Below, in pieces: positions 1-12,499 of a stretch of DNA of 64,000 nucleotides. The notes under the pieces are model-generated. The model was not told the origin of the DNA. It made no database searches and was given only the letters and a program-made list of their open reading frames with translations. The position numbers and the translations under genes are program-made. The stretch is from Chiloscyllium plagiosum (Eukaryota). The stretch spans positions 61,968,981 through 62,032,980 of the forward strand of contig NC_057718.1 in assembly GCF_004010195.1 (NCBI RefSeq). The letters are read 5' to 3'. The stretch's first letter is position 1; each line of letters opens with the position of its first letter.

Positions 1-130
1 TCCTGAAGAAGGGCTTATGCCCGAAACGTCGATTCTCCTGTTCCCTGGATGCTGCCTGACCTGCTGCGCTTTTCCAGCAACACATTTCCAGCTCTGATCT
101 CCAGCATCTGCAGACCTCACTTTCTCCTCA
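1..130 (+). mobile_element. Penelope-like element terminal repeat (pLTR) 3' part, truncated by window start
   Basis: cctgaagaagggcttatgcccgaaacgtcgattctcctg...gatgctgcctgacctgctg...catctgcagacctcactttctcc; the same unit recurs at 23746-23868 and 60650-60779 and, inverted, next to the PLE RT/GIY-YIG at 15988. Confidence 0.85.
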
Positions 131-359
131 TTAAATACCAAACCACATCAACACAGTGACATCATCAACTAATGTTAGTCCCATTCTCCAGCTCACCACA
201 GCCTAAAGCCACCAACATTCCCTCGCGTTATGTTGCTGAGTGTGCTCGAAGCTACTCAGATGTCCCACGCACAGCAATCAGCATCGCCATGCCAACCGTG
301 GCAATAGCTTGCAGTTCTGGAAGTCACTGCAGTACAAGGGCCTTGAAAGCCAACAGTAA

Positions 360-2436
360 GCAAATTAGAGGGAACACTGCTCCCCACTGCCTGGATGGCT
401 CAGCATTCCTCACAGTGGCACCACCTTTAAATGGCTGTCGTGCACCCAGATAATTGCTGGCAATTCAGAACTTCTCTGCATGTTTGCATATGCTCTCATA
501 GGTCCTGTCTGTAAGCGGAAATCAGTGCCATAATTTGCCAATCTGAACCTGGGACCAGATGGCCATGGGTGTCCATCCTCTACTCCCAGGATCAACAAAG
601 TAGGCTGCAGCCTCAAATCCTACCAGTCAGGGCTGGAGCCACTACCCATGTCTGTGCCATCTCCACTATCCGACAGTGCAGAAAGAATGTCAGTGGCCCT
701 CCTCTGTCTTCCAAGGTAAGAGCCACCATCTTCTCTCCTCTACCTTATGTTCACTCTCTCTCCATTACTGCACCCACATCTCACAGAGGCTCATGTTGCA
801 CCAATCTTGCTATTGTCTGCATCATCTTTCCTCAATTGCTGTCACCCACCTCAACACATGCCCTCTGTGCTACCTACTGACTCACTTGGGAGAGCTCACA
901 CTCCCTTCCCCATCCCCACCCCGCTCTTCCTGACCCAACTGCACCAGCATTGACATTGGTTCAGTGGTTAGCACAGCAGCCTCACAGTGCTAGGGACCCA
1001 GGTTTGATTTCACCCCCAGGCAATTGTCTGTGTTAAGTCTACACATTTTCCCGGTGCCTGTGTGGGTTTCCTCCCACAGTCCAAAGATGAACAAGTTAGG
1101 TAGATTGGCTATGGGAAATGCAGGGTTATAAGGTCGGGGGCTAGGTCTGGGTCGGCTGCTCTTCAGAGGGTCAGTGTGAACTCGATAGACTGAAAGGCCT
1201 GCTTCCACACTGTAGGGATTCTATGGCAGTTGTGTCACTTGCTTTTATCTTACTCAATTCCCCCTTTCCTCTCAATACAGGAGAAAATAGCCCACAGCAA
1301 GTGCTAGACCAGGCAGAGGGTTTGCCTGCCATCAGTCCCTTCACCTGCTATGGGGATACATTCCAGGTACTGGCCAGAGAGGACCTAGACAGGGCCCACA
1401 GAGATGCCGAGGTATTCTTACCAAGTAAGAAACCATACTCTTCACTGTGCAATTCCCACATGAAGGCACTGTCAACGATGTTCTCACCTGATACAACTTC
1501 TAACCCTTGGCGATACCCGTTTTTTTCATGTCTTGCAGGAACCTGTTGGGCAAGAACGTGGTAAGCCAGCATATTCCCGCTGGCACCACATCAGAGCTGA
1601 GTACAGAGGCCTCAGAGGAAGCACAGGCAAGGCTGCGTCCTGCACCCTGCACCCTGCTCAGGTATCCATGTCTCAATGCGTGTTTTATTTAAGTTGGAAT
1701 TGGGAGCATCTGCTGGTGAGTACATCACTTTCACATTGCTGCGGCTCATCTCATAAGAAATGCCTGAGGCACCTTAGAGGACAGCCAGAGACCAGGCAGG
1801 AGAGGACCACGAGATGTCAGGATTCCACGAATATGCACAAGTAGATATCGGCAGGTCTGTGGGCAGCAACAGTCATCATAGCACAGCAGCTGCAGGACTG
1901 CCGAGATGTGGCGTGGATCCCATTGCCTCAGTCATGCGAGCATCTGGATGCCTCTATGGACAGGTGGTTGCCATGGAGATCCAGGCCCAGCACTCTCAGA
2001 ATTAGCTGGATGTGCAAATGGACCTACACTCCATCGTCCTCAATATTGATACCCTCTTCTCATGAGGAAGTGGGGCAGTGCCAGTACGCACTCAGCCATG
2101 GCGAAAGCCACATACAGGTATTCATCACACTGCTCCCACCCCACATCCCACACTCCCAACCAAAAAATCTCCTCTCAGGATACCCAGAAGAAGCTGGGCC
2201 TTACACCTCCACCCAAACTGCCACTCTTAAAACTATGGCTAAGGAGGGTGCACCTGCATCTAGGCACGAGGCACTCAGTCTATCTTGGCCCTCTAGAAAC
2301 ACTCCCCTGGGGTCACACAATTAAGATTCCAATGCCGACAGGCTCCAGCTTGGGGCAGGGTCCCTCCAGCCCAGCTGCAGTAGCTGTGACTGCACTAAGA
2401 CGTAGTGGGAGGGAAAGGAAGAAGAAAACATTTTGA
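360..2436 (+). pseudogene. Degenerate spliced Myb/SANT-like DNA-binding gene of Harbinger type
   Basis: Exon relic ...ILYSQDQQSR...AISTIRQCRKNVSG ends at donor aag|gtaag (~715). Next exon follows acceptor tacag|GAGAAAATAGCCCAC (EKIAH...GLPAISPFTCY, ~1281). Last exon follows ttgcag| (~1539) and ends RRSGRERKKKTF* at 2436. Frameshifts and stops present. Confidence 0.65.
951..1225 (+). mobile_element. HE1-like (V-SINE type) tRNA-derived SINE
   Basis: tcagtggttagcacagcagcctcacag (A-box region), ggtttgattt (decayed B-box), body ctcccacagtccaaagatg, tail ccacactgtagggattctatg. Confidence 0.85.
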
Positions 2437-3399
2437 GGGCACATTGATGGCACGAGTGACATTTTATTGATCATAATTGCTCACATTTGTAAATCTATGT
2501 GCAATGTTCAACATAATCTGTTTCTTTGAGGCTCTATATAGCCACAACTGCAGCCAACAGACAATGAAGCCATCTATTCCTATACGGTGTTCTATGGACC
2601 AAGGTGTGAAGTGACATGAACAGGCAATGACTGCCTCATAGCAGACTGTGATTCCAGCAACCAGGCTCTATCTTGCCAGTGGCATAGCCATTGCCATTGT
2701 ATCACAGATAGGGTCAGTCTCAATCTACAAGAAATGGTCTGATATCATTGTGACAGGGAGGTGCCTTTCAAACAATTGGCCGATGCATAAGGGTTATCAG
2801 GGATTTTGTGCCCTCAGGACATGAGTCTGTGTCTAATGCTGTTGCCCTTTGTCAGGACTCACATTGCTGGAACTTGAACCTTTCTCACTCACAGAATGTA
2901 CTTACCCACTCTATTCCAGGTACGGTTGCAGCCATTTTCATTTCTATTGTGCATTTGCAATTTATACGATAAATGAAAACAACTGCAGCTGCTGCTTATT
3001 TCCAGAGTCCTTCTCTATGTGTAGATGAACCCCAAATATTAATATTCCACTTTCAAGTAGCCCTCCTTGTCAACCCCAGAGGCATCGGACCTCCCAAACC
3101 CCACTAACCTCACCCCACCTCTATATGATTCTACATCTGCCACCTTCCTAGCTCCAAGCATATGAACTGGCATATGATGCTTAAAGAAGTAATACATTCT
3201 TTCCCAACCCCAGCAATCCCCAAGAAGTCAGGTTTCTGATCACTGGTGATGACCCATTCCCCATACCGCCTGCAGGACCCTTTTCCTACCCATCTCCCTT
3301 TACATACTGAGCTGCAAACTACCCTGCCACAAACCACAATCTTCATCCCTTCTGTATCACAGCCTTTAGACCCCATTATCCGAGATCCAAGAACAGCAG

Positions 3400-3735
3400 A
3401 TGGTAGCTCAGTGGTTAGTACTGCTGCCTCACAGTGCCAAGAACCCAGGTTCGATTCCAGCCCTGGGTTACTATGTGGAGTTTGCATACTCTCCCTTGTT
3501 TGCGTGGGTTTCCTCCGGATGCTCTGCTTTCCTCCCAAAGTCCAAAGATATGAGTTTAGTTGGTTTGGCCATGGTAAATTGCCCATAGTGTCCAGGGATG
3601 TGCAGGCTAGGTAGATTAGCTGTGAGAAATGTCGGGTTACAGGGGTAGGATGGGTCTGGTGGAATGCTCTTCGAAGGGTCAGTGTGGATTCAATGGACAA
3701 AATGGCCTGCTTCCACATTGTAGGGATTCTATGAT
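3400..3735 (+). mobile_element. HE1-like SINE
   Basis: tggtagctcagtggttagtactgctgcctcacag...ggttcgattcc (B-box)...tagggattctatg. Confidence 0.9.
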
Positions 3736-3869
3736 TAAACCCACCAGACCCCTTCCACATACACACTGGCCCTTGATAAGTCCCCTCCCTCACGACTTTC
3801 TTGACCCACTTTCTGGACTGTAGAGGAACAGACTACGTGTGCCCAGACTGGATGCCTAACCATAATCAA

Positions 3870-4037
3870 CCCCTGGCATGGTCAATCCATCTAACCTGCA
3901 CATCTTTGAGCTGTGGGAGGAAAGCAGAGCACCTGGAGAAAAACCACGTAGACGCCGGGAGAATGTGCAAACTCTACACCGTCACCTGAGGCTGGAATCG
4001 ACCCTTGGGTCCCTGGCGTTGTGAGGCAGCAGTGTTA
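3870..4037 (-). mobile_element. HE1-like SINE, 5' half
   Basis: rc of the same SINE head (ctgtgggaggaaagcagagcacctggag...gtgaggcagcagtgttaa). Confidence 0.8.
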
Positions 4038-5537
4038 AGCACTTGGAGGCTGGCCTTGAATTCCTGTGCCAGGAGCCAGGAGCCAGGACCCCCCGACTGA
4101 CAGGGCCTTTCTGCCCTTCAGTGAGGACCGTTCCCCTTGAGGCATGGTGTTCGCTTGCAGCATGTGCAGTGTGTCAGCTACACAGCTGGAACACGAGATT
4201 GTACCATATGACAAGTTGCCCACCCCCTTTACTGAGGATTGTTACCCAACAAGACAAGCTATGTGCCTTTGTGAGCAGACAATGGTAATTCAAAACAGTG
4301 GAAGTACTGTGGAATTTTAAGCTCTGCCTGAGGGGTCAATCCACTAAAAGGCATGGTAAAGCAAGGCAAGGCAGGGCAGGGGCACTATGAAAATGAAGGT
4401 AGATGTGAAATGAGCGAACATTCATAGAGCAAGTGAGGAGCCCTGAGATGCAGAGTGGTCCATTCCATAAGCTCAGTGCCTGATTCTGTGTGCAGTGTTA
4501 TCCTTATAGCCGCATTCCAATGATAGTTGCCAGTTCCCTCCAAAGTGGCCCCTGAAGTACAGCAATGTTGTTTGCACAAGTGGATCAGAGATGTGCCATG
4601 AGGATGGAGAGAATTGGTACTTGGTGCCAAAGATGGAGGTCTGAGAAGCAACCAGCAAGCTGGAGTCACCAGGTACCCATTTTGACTTTCAATTCTCAGT
4701 GTCAACTTTCTATCCACTCACTATACAATACAAAGCTGTGCATAAATGAAGCAAGAGTTGTAGTTAATGAGGGTGATGACAAGTAATAATCCCCATCAAT
4801 AACTCTTTTGCCACTCTCTAGCACAAAGCTCATCTCAATTTCTGGAGCTCCATTCAAAAAAGCTAATAGTTGGTCTTACCATCACAAAAGGCCTTGCTGG
4901 ACTTCTGACATGATTCTCCATGATTCCAGCCATAACTCACATCCTTAAGACCCACGTAAGATTCTGCTCAATACTTGAATGAAGTTCACAACCAGCTCTA
5001 CACTGGACTCTGTTCTATGGCATTAAAACAACTCAGACTCTAGCTCTTGTGGTATATATCCCCTTAGGACTTAAATAAAATATGTTGCAACTCTCATTAC
5101 CCTGCAACCTGTCTTAATTGTACTGCAGGATGAGTTTCACAGATCCAGTAATAACATAAAGAGCAGTACACGGCAGTCATTTAAAGTCATGACCACAGTT
5201 TGTGCTTTCTGGCAGCGAAGCTATCATAATGGTCAAAAATGGCCTGTTCAAAGAGCAACACTTCTGGCCTTTCTGTGCAAGCTGATTACTCACACTTCCC
5301 ACGAACAGAAACCACAATGAGTGGTTTGTCAGAATGTAATTACATCTCCAAGTTACAAACGGCTGAATAAACAATCAGTTTAAGATGGTTCTCTGCGTCT
5401 CCAAAGGCAGCAGTTCGGGTAAATCTCCCTAAATTACAGATAATAGATGAACTTCTGCTGCAGCAGTAGCAAGTGTTCCAATGGCAGAGCTATAGATGAG
5501 CAGGATTTCCACTGGGAGGTGCTATGATACAGTGGCC

Positions 5538-5650
5538 AGCCAATTGGACATTCAGCGTCATGGATCCTGGTCTATCACACGACGGTGGTGAGCAGAGAAT
5601 CACCAAATCTGACGTCACCACATGGGTCAAAGGTCAGGGTGCCTTATTTA
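5538..5650. promoter_or_regulatory. Candidate regulatory cluster: CCAAT, full CRE palindrome, perfect DR1
   Basis: agccaattgg ~5538; TGACGTCA 5610-5617; GGGTCA-A-AGGTCA 5624-5636. Confidence 0.3.
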
Positions 5651-6229
5651 AACAGCTCTTAATCCTTGCAAGCTAACAGTACCCAGCTGGGTGTCTAAGT
5701 GAAGGTTCTCAAATTCTACTTGCTGGCACCCCCTCTCCACCTTGGATCCCTATAGCTTACCTCCATCCCACCTCTTGATCCCCATCACCTGTTGTCACCC
5801 CATACAAATGAACAAATGTCTCCATGCAGGGAACAAGTTTGCCAATGATTCCATCCAGAAACAGCTGAAGGTTCTGTTTCCCAGTGTGCATGGTACTAGC
5901 CCCTCCAACCAGATCAGCCAGCAGAGACAGCAGGCATGAGGTCCTCAAGCAAAACTAGGAGTGATTCCAAACAAGGTCAAGGACCATCTGCACCCAGCAA
6001 GGGCATGTAGCATGGTGGAGTTGGCTCTCGTGAAGGAATGGAGAAAGATCTATGGGCCCGTCGAGAGGTATTGTGGGTGAGGAGTTTGTGTTTAAGACTT
6101 CAGTACCAGACATAACATGAGGATGCAATGTGTGGAAATACCAATCCATGCTGAGAAGGTTACAGGGCAGTGCATCAGTGGAGTATTTATCAAGGAGGTG
6201 TCATTAGCTATCATAGGAATGTTTGCTCA

Positions 6230-7080
6230 CTGAGATTAGATTCAATCATCTTAACTATCAACTAATATTTACTATAAGCCCACTAACCACCACAGCTACC
6301 TTATCTGCACTTCCTCACACCCTATACCCTATAAAGACTCTATTCCATTCACTCAGTGCTTTTATTTTCTGTTCTGATGATATGACCTTCTGCAACAGCA
6401 TTTCTGAGAGATCTGTTTTTCCTCTCAACAAAAGATAATCTCTCGCCTTCCCCCACCATGATCAATCAGGACCTTCGACTATGTCCTCCACATTTTTACT
6501 TCTACCTCACACCTTTACTTCCTTCCCAGAATCCATATATGTACTTTGCACTCATTCAGCTTCAGTATTCTATTCAATGAAACATTTTCCACCATTTCCA
6601 ACACCTCCAATGCATTGCTATCCACCAAACACATCTTCACTTCTCCTTCACTTTCAGCATTCCAAAGGACAGTTCCCTCAATGATATCCAAATCAACTCA
6701 CTAACACTAACATTCCTGCCTTCCCATAGCACTTTTCCATGCAAACAGAGAGGATACAACACATGCCTTTCTACTTGCTCTGTCCTTCATTTCCAATACC
6801 CAAACACTCCTACCATTTGAAGCAGTGATTTACATGCATTTCATTTAAGTTATCATACTGTATTTGCTGTTCACAATGTGATCCCTCCTACACTGGGGAC
6901 TCCAAAATCAAATTGAATGATTGTTTTGCAGAACATCTTCATTTAGTCTGCAAATCCTGTCATTTTTACTCTCCACTCTGCTTTCACACTGATATCTCTG
7001 TCCTTGGCCCACTGCACTGTTCCAATGAAGAAATGTAAGTTTGAAGAACAGGCTTCATTTTTGCTTAGGGATGTTACAGC
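6230..7080 (+). mobile_element. Highly decayed Penelope-like RT C-terminus / GIY-YIG relic (continues ~7860-8112)
   Basis: ctacactggggactccaaa...gattgttttgcagaacatctt (YTGDS...DCFAEHL), ttgaagaacaggcttcatttt; pLTR-like tail cacagatgctgcctaacctgctga at ~8063-8112. Confidence 0.6.
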
Positions 7081-7530
7081 AGGGGGTGAATCCCAAACCA
7101 TGGGTCTTGAAACCCACTGGAGTGGGCTGCCGCAATTTGGGGTCTGACCTCCAAGCAATGGATACTATGGACCTCTGACCACATGCTACCTGCTGCGTTG
7201 CTCCTTTAAATCTTTCAGCTTTTTAATAACGGGTCGGCCTAAATTCTCAATTGTGTAGGCGTGAATGCTGTCCTGCAGTCCTAATGGGAAGGTGGGTGCC
7301 TTTTTCTTAAAACCCTGTGGATTCAACAGCTTTCTTCCCTGTCACTTTCACAGCTCACTCAATCCCGCAACCCACTCTCACAGATCTGGAGTCTCTGCAA
7401 CTTTTTGAAAGCATCAAAATGAGGGGCAGGACAGCAAAACCTCTGCAGCGGGGAGCAGCACTGTGCTGCAGCTTCCCAGACTCAACGTTGGGTTCCACAA
7501 TTTCAGGCTGCAAATTCTGTCTGCCCATTT

Positions 7531-7858
7531 TTAGATTAGATTAGATTACAGTGTGGAAACAGGCCCTTCGGCCCAACAAGTCCTCACCGACCCGCCGAAG
7601 CGAAACCCACCCATACCCCTACATTTACCCCTTACCTAACACTGCGAGCAATTTAGCATGGCCAATTCACCTGACCTGCACATCTTTGGACTGTGGGAGG
7701 AAACCGGAGCACCCGGAGGAAACCCACGCAGACACGGGGAGAATGTGCAAACTCCACACAGTCAGTCGCCTGAGGCAGGAATTGAACCCGGGTCTCCGGC
7801 ACTGTGAGGCAGCAGTGCTAACCACTGTGCCACCGTGCCGCCCACGGTGCCGCCCACG
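7531..7858 (-). mobile_element. Young HE1-like SINE with (TCTAA)n tail and duplicated 5' end
   Basis: ttagattagattagattacagtgtggaaacaggcccttcggccc...aaccactgtgccaccgtgccgcccacggtgccgcccac; CpGs retained. Confidence 0.92.
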
Positions 7859-8599
7859 ATAAGGCTTTCCCTTATCTTTGGACATTTTGTTTCTTTCCTT
7901 ATATTTTGCTTTCAAGTAATGACACACTAAGCACTTCTTCTGTTTCTTTATTTTCTTGACCCAGTTATATTCTCTTTGGCTCTGGAAGACTAACTTTTCT
8001 GTCAATTGATCTCTTCTGTCTTCCAGTTCATCAACCTGACATGACAACCTTGCTTCTTGCTCCACAGATGCTGCCTAACCTGCTGAATATTTTGAGCATT
8101 TTCTGTTTTCAGTTCTAGTTTCACAGTGTGCTTCTTTATGGCATTCAATCCTTCTGTTGGCCCACATTTCAAAAGACGGCCATACCCTGACCTCCTGGAC
8201 AGTCAACGCTCTCCTTTCTATGTTCAGCCAAGGCTTAACCTTTGTGGATAGAGAGTTCATGAGCTCAACATCTTCTTCCTAATCCAAAACAGTGCCCCTT
8301 ATGAGTAAAGTTATTCCTGTCAGTTCAAATCTACCAGGAAAGCTAGCTCACTTGCTGCAACCAATTAGGAATCTGAAAGCATGTGTTTCTCATTTGTTAC
8401 CAACTTAATCACAAAGGTACCATTTAATCCGGTGAATATGTGTTTTAATGAGTTTGCATGATAAGTAGGTTCCTGCTGCTTGCCGCTGGGAGCCCTGACC
8501 TGCCTCCAATCCACAACTTCAATCCCAATGTCAGGAAGCAGACTTTCCACCTCTATCCAATTAAGTTCCCCCTGCCAACCTCATTTCCTGCTCCCAGGA

Positions 8600-8820
8600 G
8601 TAGCATTCGGTATAGTAATTAGCCATAGTCAACAAAGGACCATAGGCATCTCCCTCTATTAGTGACAGACTATTGCTTCTATATAGCTTGAGGGCCATCA
8701 TTCCACCAGCATGGGTCAAGGCAAGAAGGAAGACTTCCATGAATGACCATAGTTGGAATGGCATTTGAACCCCTATCGTCCTGCATCACACTCACACCAA
8801 GCAGCCAATTGAGCGAGACA
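8600..8820 (-). mobile_element. Old tRNA-derived SINE relic
   Basis: rc tRNA-like head (ggcatttgaaccc...cagccaattgagc); decayed body. Confidence 0.4.
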
Positions 8821-9289
8821 AACTTGAGTGGGAAGCAGCATTAGTTTCTGCCCAATGTTACTAAATAAAACCTCAGACCATTGTGTTGGAATGTACTACA
8901 TTATGAAAGAAAATCGAAATATTAAACAAAGATAATAGACATTATATAATTCTGTCTTGAAGAGGGAGTTTTGGTCACAATTCTAATAAGTAAGCTCAGG
9001 TATTTTAATGACAATGTGTAAGAAATTGACAGTCACTTAAATTTTAATTACTGCTTCCATCAGCATTCAGATTGAGATACACAATTTTCAATGAACAGGA
9101 TCCATAGCTTTCAAATTCAATTAAAGCAACAGGAAGGTATTCCAGCTTAACTACATTGCACTTGTCAAACCCATTAAACATAGATGTATTTCAATTGAGA
9201 ACTTTTTGACACAGTGACTCGCTTTGTTCTGAAATTAGTTCATTTGGTAAAATTAGTTTTCATCAGGCCAGCAGGACTGTTTACACCAG

Positions 9290-9572
9290 TCATAGCATAG
9301 CATTAATGTCACTGGGCTTGTATTCCAGAAATCCACATTAATGCACAACAGCTTGTTGCATTTAAACTCAATTGATAAAAATATGAAATTGAAAGCTAGT
9401 TGTGGTTTTAGTGACATAAAACTATTACTGATTTTTGTAAAAACCCTATCTGGTTCATGAGTATTGCTTTAGAAATTAAAGTCTGACATCCTTACCCAGT
9501 CTGGCCTGCATGTGGCTCTAGCCCCACATTAATATGATTGATTCTCAACTGCTCTGTGAAAAAGCTCCAAGC
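9290..9572 (+). mobile_element. tRNA-derived SINE (second family, same as 47138-48062)
   Basis: gcattaatgtcactgggcttgtattccaga...tctggttcatgagt...ccttacccagtctggcctgcatgtggctctagccc. Confidence 0.6.
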
Positions 9573-9574
9573 TT

Positions 9575-10825
9575 TCATGCATCCCTTAGCCTACAGTTCT
9601 GGATTTGGAATGTGCCAATCTTCAACAGTCTGTTGAGGTCAACTCCTTGCACTGGAAGACCAATAAGCTCTGGGCAGACCATAGGGCATCTTTGACTAAA
9701 TTGATGGTCCTCCAGGTACAGCTGATGCTTGTCTCGGTGTGCATCCTGGGGAACAGACCGTGCAGCACGGACCTGCTCTGGACGAACCTTGACAAAAATC
9801 ACTGCATCTCTATCCAGACTTGCTTTACAAAGGCACATTCCAGCAAGAGATGTGTGACATTCTCTACCCTCCCCCTGCAGCCACTTCGACAGTGGTTTGT
9901 GGTGACAGAGAGAGTCCAGGAGTACATGAAGGATCTCACAGGTAATGTCCTTCTCACCACCAGCTTAGTGATGTCTTGGTGTGTGTTAGAAAGTCCTGGT
10001 GATGAGGCGTTCTCCCAAATGGCTTTGATAGTCTGCTCAGGGAATCGCATGACAGGACCCCCCTTTCCTTTTCCTGTAAGGTCTCGTGGATGCTACGTGC
10101 TGACCACTTCACGATGAACTTATGGTCAATGATGTATTTTTTGACAAATTACTCCATGAAGGACAGATGATACAGAACAGTTCAACTACTTGAAGCGTTC
10201 CACCTCGCCGAGTTCAGTTTCTGCCTGACCTTGGTGATATGCTCCTTTCAGGTTTCTGTGCATGGCTAGGCTCATCTGCACCATATTCTCAGCATCTTCA
10301 GATAGTTTGTTCTGACTGTGAAGGGGATAAATGATTGGTCAGCCCAGTTCCCAAAGAACATGGCCTCACTCTTGCCTCGATTTACCAAGGCCAGTTCGAA
10401 CTTGTTACAAATGCTCATGCTTCTGCACACTGACAGCAGATCTGAGCAGAAACAGTGATGTCATCCATGTACAGAGAGATTTTGACCTGCAGGCCTTTGT
10501 TGCCTTGTATATTCACCCCTCTCAGGCTGACATCCTGCCAGATGCACTCAGCAAAAGGCTCCAAACAACAGACAAACAAGGTAGGAGAGTGTGGACAGCC
10601 CTGCCGAGCTCCGGATGTGAGCAGGAAGCTTTCTGATTCCTACCCATTGATTCAGACTGCACTACTAAGGCTGAGTTGATTCCTCCTTCCCCCCACCCCC
10701 CTACCACCAGCCCATTTTGAAGAGCATGTCCCACATTAAATTTTCTCCAGCACCGCGTCCATGCTTTTGACATTAAATTTCTGTGCTGCCTGCATCTAAA
10801 GTGACTGGAATGGGTTAACCACATG
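9575..10825 (-). mobile_element. Tx1-like non-LTR retrotransposon ORF2 fragments
   Basis: rc encodes ...CRSGCRGRVENVTHLLLECAFVKQVW (C-terminal CCHC) and RT ...LYMDD region; homologous to 52500-54130. Confidence 0.8.
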
Positions 10826-12499
10826 TCTCCATTGCCTTTGGGAAATCTTATTGAGTTTCACAGTCAGAGTGATATTATAAGTCTTTTTTTGTGTTTAGTT
10901 ATAGTCAAAAGTCATAGTTTGATAAAGTATTCTTCTGCCATTTTCCAAAGTTTGTAAGATCATATGAGAGCTTGTTATGTATTCAGTCAGCCAAAAATGG
11001 TAAAAGTGTTTCCACTGGAACTCTGACCTCACTGCATTATCAGATATTGGGTGTGTAAAGGACCTTTAGGGAACAAGGTTCATTTCATTACAGGAGTGGC
11101 TTTTGGCACTAAATGAAAGAAATATCTCATTAAAAGTATCGAAACATCAAAATTTGGCATCAGAACCAAGATTTAGTCAACAGTGCTACAATCTGAACTA
11201 GGGAAAGAGAGGTAATAAGCATCTCACTCCTGTCTCAATATTGAAAGCTTTTTTTTATTATCAGTAATTGTTTTAAAATTAAATATGAAGTAATGAGGCA
11301 TTCCAATTGTTATAGATTGTCTTTGGTTTGTGATGTTGACAAATCACTATCTCAATTCGTGGCTGTTATAACATTTCGTATCTAACACAATCAGCCAATA
11401 TTTCAGGAAAATAAACTCTTGGCAAAGTAGAAATCTCCGCTTGAAAAATCTCTGCAATATGAAAACACTCTTTCACCAAGAAACATGTCCACTTCACCCT
11501 TTTGTTTCAAAACTAGCTTCTCTCTGCACTTCAGCCACCCAGATAAGACACACAGATAAGACACACGCACTGAGCAAAAGACTTTTGTCAGTCGGGACTC
11601 TGATTCTCTTGCTGCTGAATTTTTTATGTGCTCCAAAGCTGACTATATTTCAGTTCAAGAAATATGTGCATCTGCACAGATTCTGGCATTGTATTCCTTC
11701 ACAGTCACTGCCAGGTCATGCATACTTATTTAATAATATGATTTGCGCCATATTGTTTTATGCACTATCCTGTGCTACTGGTATATCAAGATTTACAGCC
11801 TCAGGGAATATCCTGACTTCAGCCTGCCCTTCTCCCTGATGTTCCACTAGCTGCAATACCATCCAGGATTGTCCTTCAAATTATAGGGGCCTCTCATCTG
11901 GCCACCTCTTCCAGCTGTTATAGAGTCTTGGCTTCCAAGCATAGAGGTTACTTTGAGATTTTGAAACTTTGAAATGCATGCTAAATGACACATAATATAA
12001 CATCTGGTATCCTTGTGCTTTGATGTCAGAAAGGGATGTGCTCCATGCACACCTGAAGAAAACCCAATTCTGCCATCCACCACGATGCAAGAAATGCCCT
12101 ATACATGAAAAAGGAGCAGAAGTATATCCACCATAAAATATTCGGTAATGTAACTAATTTGAATGGTGCTATTCCACATAAATTTCTACATTTTCTCCTA
12201 TTCTTCTGTTACGCAAAACGTTACTGTTTTCTTCCCCAACAATCTACACAATCATATTCTAGAAATGCCAATTCCAAAATAAGCTTTGGTGACAGATTCT
12301 CAGTTAATCTATTACTAAAAATAAAAATAAAATTATCCCCAATATCTTCGCCTCTCACTCGCCACAATCAATCAACACATCCCTCTGGATGTCAAAGCAT
12401 CCTAGATTTGGTGACGTCCTCAACAGCACTTCTCTCCATGCTTCACAAACTTCAGTTAGCCAACTAATACCTTAATGTGGATTCAGATCTATTGGCAGT

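Larger units (their letters stand above)
150..4969. mobile_element. Decayed PIF/Harbinger-like DNA transposon, copy 1 (interrupted by SINEs)
   Basis: Contains a Myb/SANT-like gene relic (+). Right end gtaagattctgctc (rc gagcagaatcttac) resembles the terminus gggcaaaatctt at 55671. The rc of 4600-4790 aligns by eye with 55860-56030 (cagcttgctg..gacctccatctt..acca). Left boundary uncertain. Confidence 0.6.

Noticed and set aside
3400..3470. tRNA gene
   Set aside because: A/B-box head runs straight into a SINE body repeated many times in the window; no full cloverleaf
3131..3793. 220-aa minus-strand ORF
   Set aside because: Mostly antisense read-through of an HE1-like SINE; no protein-like features
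7081..7527. Possible non-autonomous DNA transposon splitting the Penelope relic
   Set aside because: Could not define matching TIRs or a TSD by eye
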